A DNA stretch of 64,000 bases from a virus. This document shows positions 61,187 through 64,000 of this stretch, piece by piece. The stretch lies in the IMG/VR virus record IMGVR_UViG_3300025610_000001, one strand, 5' to 3'. The number at the start of each line of letters is the position of its first letter. The stretch's first letter is position 1. The translations under genes and the position numbers were made by a program. The notes under the pieces were generated by a model. It was not told where the DNA came from. It saw nothing but the letters and a program-made list of their open reading frames with translations, and did not search any database.

Positions 61187-62213
61187 TTGGAAACCTCCAA
61201 CATTTACCTATACAATATCCTTCTGAAATAAGTTTATCACAAGAAGGAGTTTTGTAATTACCATGCACCGTAAAACGTGCGTGTTTTCGTGTTTGTCCTT
61301 CATCCCAGTCTAACCAGACTTCATCATTATTTTCAGCAATAGATTTAATCTCTTCAACAACCATATCTAAAACTTTATTCTTTTCTTCCAATGAAGTGAG
61401 ATTAGTTCGCAAAGTTAATAAATCCCGATACCAAGATACAAGATATGCTCTCGCTAAATGCGAAGGATTCTCCGTCATCACTGCGTTATGCAAACACGGC
61501 AACATTGGAAGTTTTCCTTCATAGAACGGAACGCTAACTTCTCCTTCAACTGCTTCAATGGGGGGTTGTTCGGGAAACTTGACCCTGCTATTACCAACCT
61601 TTCTAAAAGGAATACTTCTTGACTTAGATGCTAACAGAATAATATCTTCAAGACTTAAACTAAGGTCATCATATAGCAAAGGAATACAGAAAAGAGAATT
61701 ACCGTTCTTATCTGAAGATGACATATTAACAGTATTCGGAACTCTTCTTAAACGAGTCGTTTGCCCGACCCTATCATCTAATGTATTATCATCTCCTACC
61801 TTTTCTTTTAAGATATTCTTGACCACTTTAAAATAAGCCTGTATATCTCGAATGTCCTGAGTTTCTTCACCATCTAAAAATAGATGAAAACCTCTTCCAG
61901 AAAAGAATAAAGTATGCATAATATCATTCTCCATAACCCAATTCATAATTATCTTAACATCACGATATGCTTTATCGAGGTCATCATTATGGCCGTCAAA
62001 ATCTAAAAATATTCTGTTTAGAATTACAGAAGAATCAATCTGTGCTGTTTCACTAAAATGCTCAAAATCATATACAGTTGTATATACATTCATCTTATTG
62101 TTGTAGTCCTTAACGAATTTAATATAATCATTCTTCGTTAGAACTATTTTTCTTTTCATCTGTCTTGCGTTTTTCAGGTGGCTTCCCGCCCAAACTGCTC
62201 TCGGAAATTTCAT
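61173..62213 (-). CDS. Archaeo-eukaryotic primase (AEP / PrimPol-like)
   Basis: Motif I IFLDFDG, motif II FSGRGFHLFL, motif III DDRVGQTTRLRRVPNTVN. GGAGGA SD before ATG 62213. Confidence 0.75.
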   Translation of the reverse strand: MKFPRAVWAGSHLKNARQMKRKIVLTKNDYIKFVKDYNNKMNVYTTVYDFEHFSETAQIDSSVILNRIFLDFDGHNDDLDKAYRDVKIIMNWVMENDIMHTLFFSGRGFHLFLDGEETQDIRDIQAYFKVVKNILKEKVGDDNTLDDRVGQTTRLRRVPNTVNMSSSDKNGNSLFCIPLLYDDLSLSLEDIILLASKSRSIPFRKVGNSRVKFPEQPPIEAVEGEVSVPFYEGKLPMLPCLHNAVMTENPSHLARAYLVSWYRDLLTLRTNLTSLEEKNKVLDMVVEEIKSIAENNDEVWLDWDEGQTRKHARFTVHGNYKTPSCDKLISEGYCIGKCWRFPNVNN

Positions 62214-62499
62214 TTTTTATTCCTCCAAAATTTACTGTTGCTGTGTTCAGCATATTTTTTATTGTTCCTGCTACTTCTGCTTTAATGTGTGTAAGGCACA
62301 TCTCTCTCAATATATCAGCATAGTAGTAGCCAACCATACTATCATTGATTTTTGTCTCTTTAACCATATCAAATCTTTCTATTAAATTCATTTCAGAATA
62401 GATTTCATTTGATAGGTCTTCAATCGTTACCATGAGATTTGATATTTCATTAAATGTCCAAGGTCTTGCCTTTACTTTTAATTCAATTACTTCTTTCAT
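62128..62499 (-). CDS. Hypothetical protein, 123 aa; its 3' end overlaps the primase gene by 86 nt
   Basis: Track ORF. Confidence 0.55.
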   Translation of the reverse strand: MKEVIELKVKARPWTFNEISNLMVTIEDLSNEIYSEMNLIERFDMVKETKINDSMVGYYYADILREMCLTHIKAEVAGTIKNMLNTATVNFGGIKNEISESSLGGKPPEKRKTDEKKNSSNEE

Positions 62500-62647
62500 T
62501 TTCTTCCTCCATAGTCATTATCTTCATAATAAGAAACTCATTAAAAGACAATGGGGGTTGATAATTGAACTTTATTTTGTCATACAACTCTTTTAGTTCG
62601 GCTTTGTGATTTGTAATCTTCTCTCTTTTAACTAATATTTTTCTCAT
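62483..62647 (-). CDS. Small protein, 54 aa (MRKILVKREKI...)
   Basis: Track ORF 62483..62752 trimmed to the first ATG after the upstream stop. Confidence 0.45.
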   Translation of the reverse strand: MRKILVKREKITNHKAELKELYDKIKFNYQPPLSFNEFLIMKIMTMEEENERSN

Positions 62648-62651
62648 ATTA

Positions 62652-63557
62652 TCACACCCATGAATCTTCTTGTGCCGCATCACAAATACCAAAGTAAGAG
62701 CAATGAGCGCAAGTCTTGTAAAAGAACTTTGTAGGAAATGTATTTCTTTCATAGTGATGAATCAACTTAGCGATATTATTCATTACAGAAGTCATAGACC
62801 TTTTCTTTCTCTCTTCTGCATAAATGTAATTTGATGCTGGATAGTACCAACCCCAATGTGTTACTTTATCATTTGGGTCAAGACCATTCTTAATCATAAC
62901 TTCATCGGTTGCATTCTCGATAAGTAATTCATAAAACGCCATTTCTTTTCTCATTGAAGTTGTTTTCCAATCTTTCCAAAGACCTGTTTTATATTCAAAA
63001 GGAACAAGACCCCCATTCTCTCTAAAAATTCGGTCAATGATTCCTTGAATGTGAATTACATAATCTCTTTGAAGAGGAAACTTTGGATTGATGTTTGCAG
63101 GGATTGTAATTTCAGCATCAAACTTTCCTTCATTACAAACTGGCAAGTATTCTTGTATCTTATCTTCTGACTTCGCTTCAATAAATCGTTGTGCTTCGAG
63201 CGATGCCACTGTTACTGAAATATCATAGTATTCATCAACAGGCATTAGTCCAGTGCAGTATTCCAAAATCTCACTATTGTTCATCTTTGAAGCCTTCTCA
63301 ATATCAAAGTTATTGAAAAAGTCTTCTCTATGATTGTGTAATATTGTTCCTTTAAGCATAGCCTCCGTTTGGTCTTGAGGCATTCGCTGGATATAAGAAA
63401 AGTCATATTTCTTCGGACACCAATCGAAAGAACCCAAAGAAGACTTCGTTATTTTCAAGATTGGTTGTGAAGGGTCATCATAATTTTCAGGCTTCCATTG
63501 GTAAGTGAACTCCCTCATCGAGGAAATCACCGCATTATATTTTTCATCGTTATTCAT
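62652..63557 (-). CDS. Cas4-like / RecB-family PD-(D/E)xK nuclease with an Fe-S cysteine signature
   Basis: N-terminal Cys (FDWCPKKY), IIDRIF, FEYKTG, and C-terminal CAHCSYFGIC (C-x2-C-x5-C). Confidence 0.7.
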   Translation of the reverse strand: MNNDEKYNAVISSMREFTYQWKPENYDDPSQPILKITKSSLGSFDWCPKKYDFSYIQRMPQDQTEAMLKGTILHNHREDFFNNFDIEKASKMNNSEILEYCTGLMPVDEYYDISVTVASLEAQRFIEAKSEDKIQEYLPVCNEGKFDAEITIPANINPKFPLQRDYVIHIQGIIDRIFRENGGLVPFEYKTGLWKDWKTTSMRKEMAFYELLIENATDEVMIKNGLDPNDKVTHWGWYYPASNYIYAEERKKRSMTSVMNNIAKLIHHYERNTFPTKFFYKTCAHCSYFGICDAAQEDSWV

Positions 63558-63558
63558 T

Positions 63559-64000
63559 TTACCACCATTCGTCTAATTTCATTTGTAGTTTTCCTGTCCG
63601 TATTGAAGAAATGTCCCATTCCATTGCCTTGTAAATTGGCTTCGCTTTGTTTATCACTTCTTCTGCGTAGTGTTTGTAGTTGGGAATGTAATCATTAAAA
63701 TCTTCATACACTGTTCCCGAAACAAAATCTACTTGTCTTTTTTCTTTTGTGAGAGGGTGGGTGTAGGTATCATTAACACCCTGTACTTTCATAAACAAGT
63801 ATGAATCATCAAAAGTTTTGTCTTCTTTTTCCCAAGCATACAGAACCCCTGCGATACCTGAACCGATTGTGGGTTTCTTGTATTTAGTTGTTAAGAAGAA
63901 TTTGGTTTCAGTTCCGCATTTATCACACCATTTAATCTTAAGGCATTCAGTTAAGTGGTGTTGCTTTTTGCATTCTGGACATTTAACCTCAAATCTTTCT
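63559..64000 (-). CDS. Zinc-ribbon protein, N-terminus beyond the window edge
   Basis: The frame stays open from 63559 to the window edge (…RFEVKCPECKKQHHLTECLKIKWCDKCGTE…). The track start at 63798 is only the first in-window TTG. Confidence 0.55.
   Translation of the reverse strand, partial: ERFEVKCPECKKQHHLTECLKIKWCDKCGTETKFFLTTKYKKPTIGSGIAGVLYAWEKEDKTFDDSYLFMKVQGVNDTYTHPLTKEKRQVDFVSGTVYEDFNDYIPNYKHYAEEVINKAKPIYKAMEWDISSIRTGKLQMKLDEWW

Noticed and set aside
1-64000. Integrated prophage or lysogeny module (integrase, att sites, repressor switch)
   Set aside because: No integrase- or recombinase-like ORF and no flanking cellular genes are visible. The window looks like free viral genome sequence, and both window ends fall within viral sequence.

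Overview
AT-rich window that reads as most of the genome of a tailed dsDNA virus, with terminase, portal, an HK97-type protease plus capsid, a frameshifted tail chaperone, a tape measure and fibres. It has three transcription blocks. (i) 1-4.6 kb, minus strand: seven stand-alone cassettes, each a 19-bp operator plus TATA box, then small gene(s), then a hairpin/T-run terminator. (ii) 4.8-57.8 kb, plus strand: about 65 tightly packed genes coupled through GGTGAT-type Shine-Dalgarno (SD) sites. These comprise an array of small cassette genes (5.1-12.1 kb) and a packaging/head block (12-35.6 kb) holding four very large K/E-rich orphans, a GNAT-like protein, a LAGLIDADG protein, a run of small basic proteins and an 837-aa ATP-dependent DNA ligase. 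A membrane-protein/small-GTPase trio follows (35.6-36.9 kb), then neck, tail and fibre genes including a 2190-aa protein. (iii) 57.9-64 kb, minus strand: a replication/recombination module with a DEDDy exonuclease, an MCM-like AAA+ ATPase, an XPF/ERCC4-(HhH)2 nuclease, an archaeo-eukaryotic primase and a Cas4-like nuclease. An archaeal host is inferred, not proven. The grounds are the promoter grammar (TATA box exactly 19 nt before the start codon of first genes, GGTGAT SD for internal genes) and the replication gene set. No rRNA, tRNA, CRISPR array, integrase, DNA polymerase or recognisable lysis enzyme was seen. The most unusual signal is a conserved N-terminal peptide M-x(0-2)-W-x-[DE]-[IV]-[IL]-K on 21 otherwise unrelated proteins, plus 2 Tyr variants, embedded in a repeated SD-ATG-TGG junction that looks recombinogenic. 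Other notable points are a shared C-terminal M[ED]WS[ED]IHKMV peptide on two scaffold-like proteins, an Arf-like GTPase with membrane partners inside the structural block, and the ligase sitting between portal and protease. All coordinates were anchored to the ORF track. All functional calls come from motifs read by eye, with no database search.
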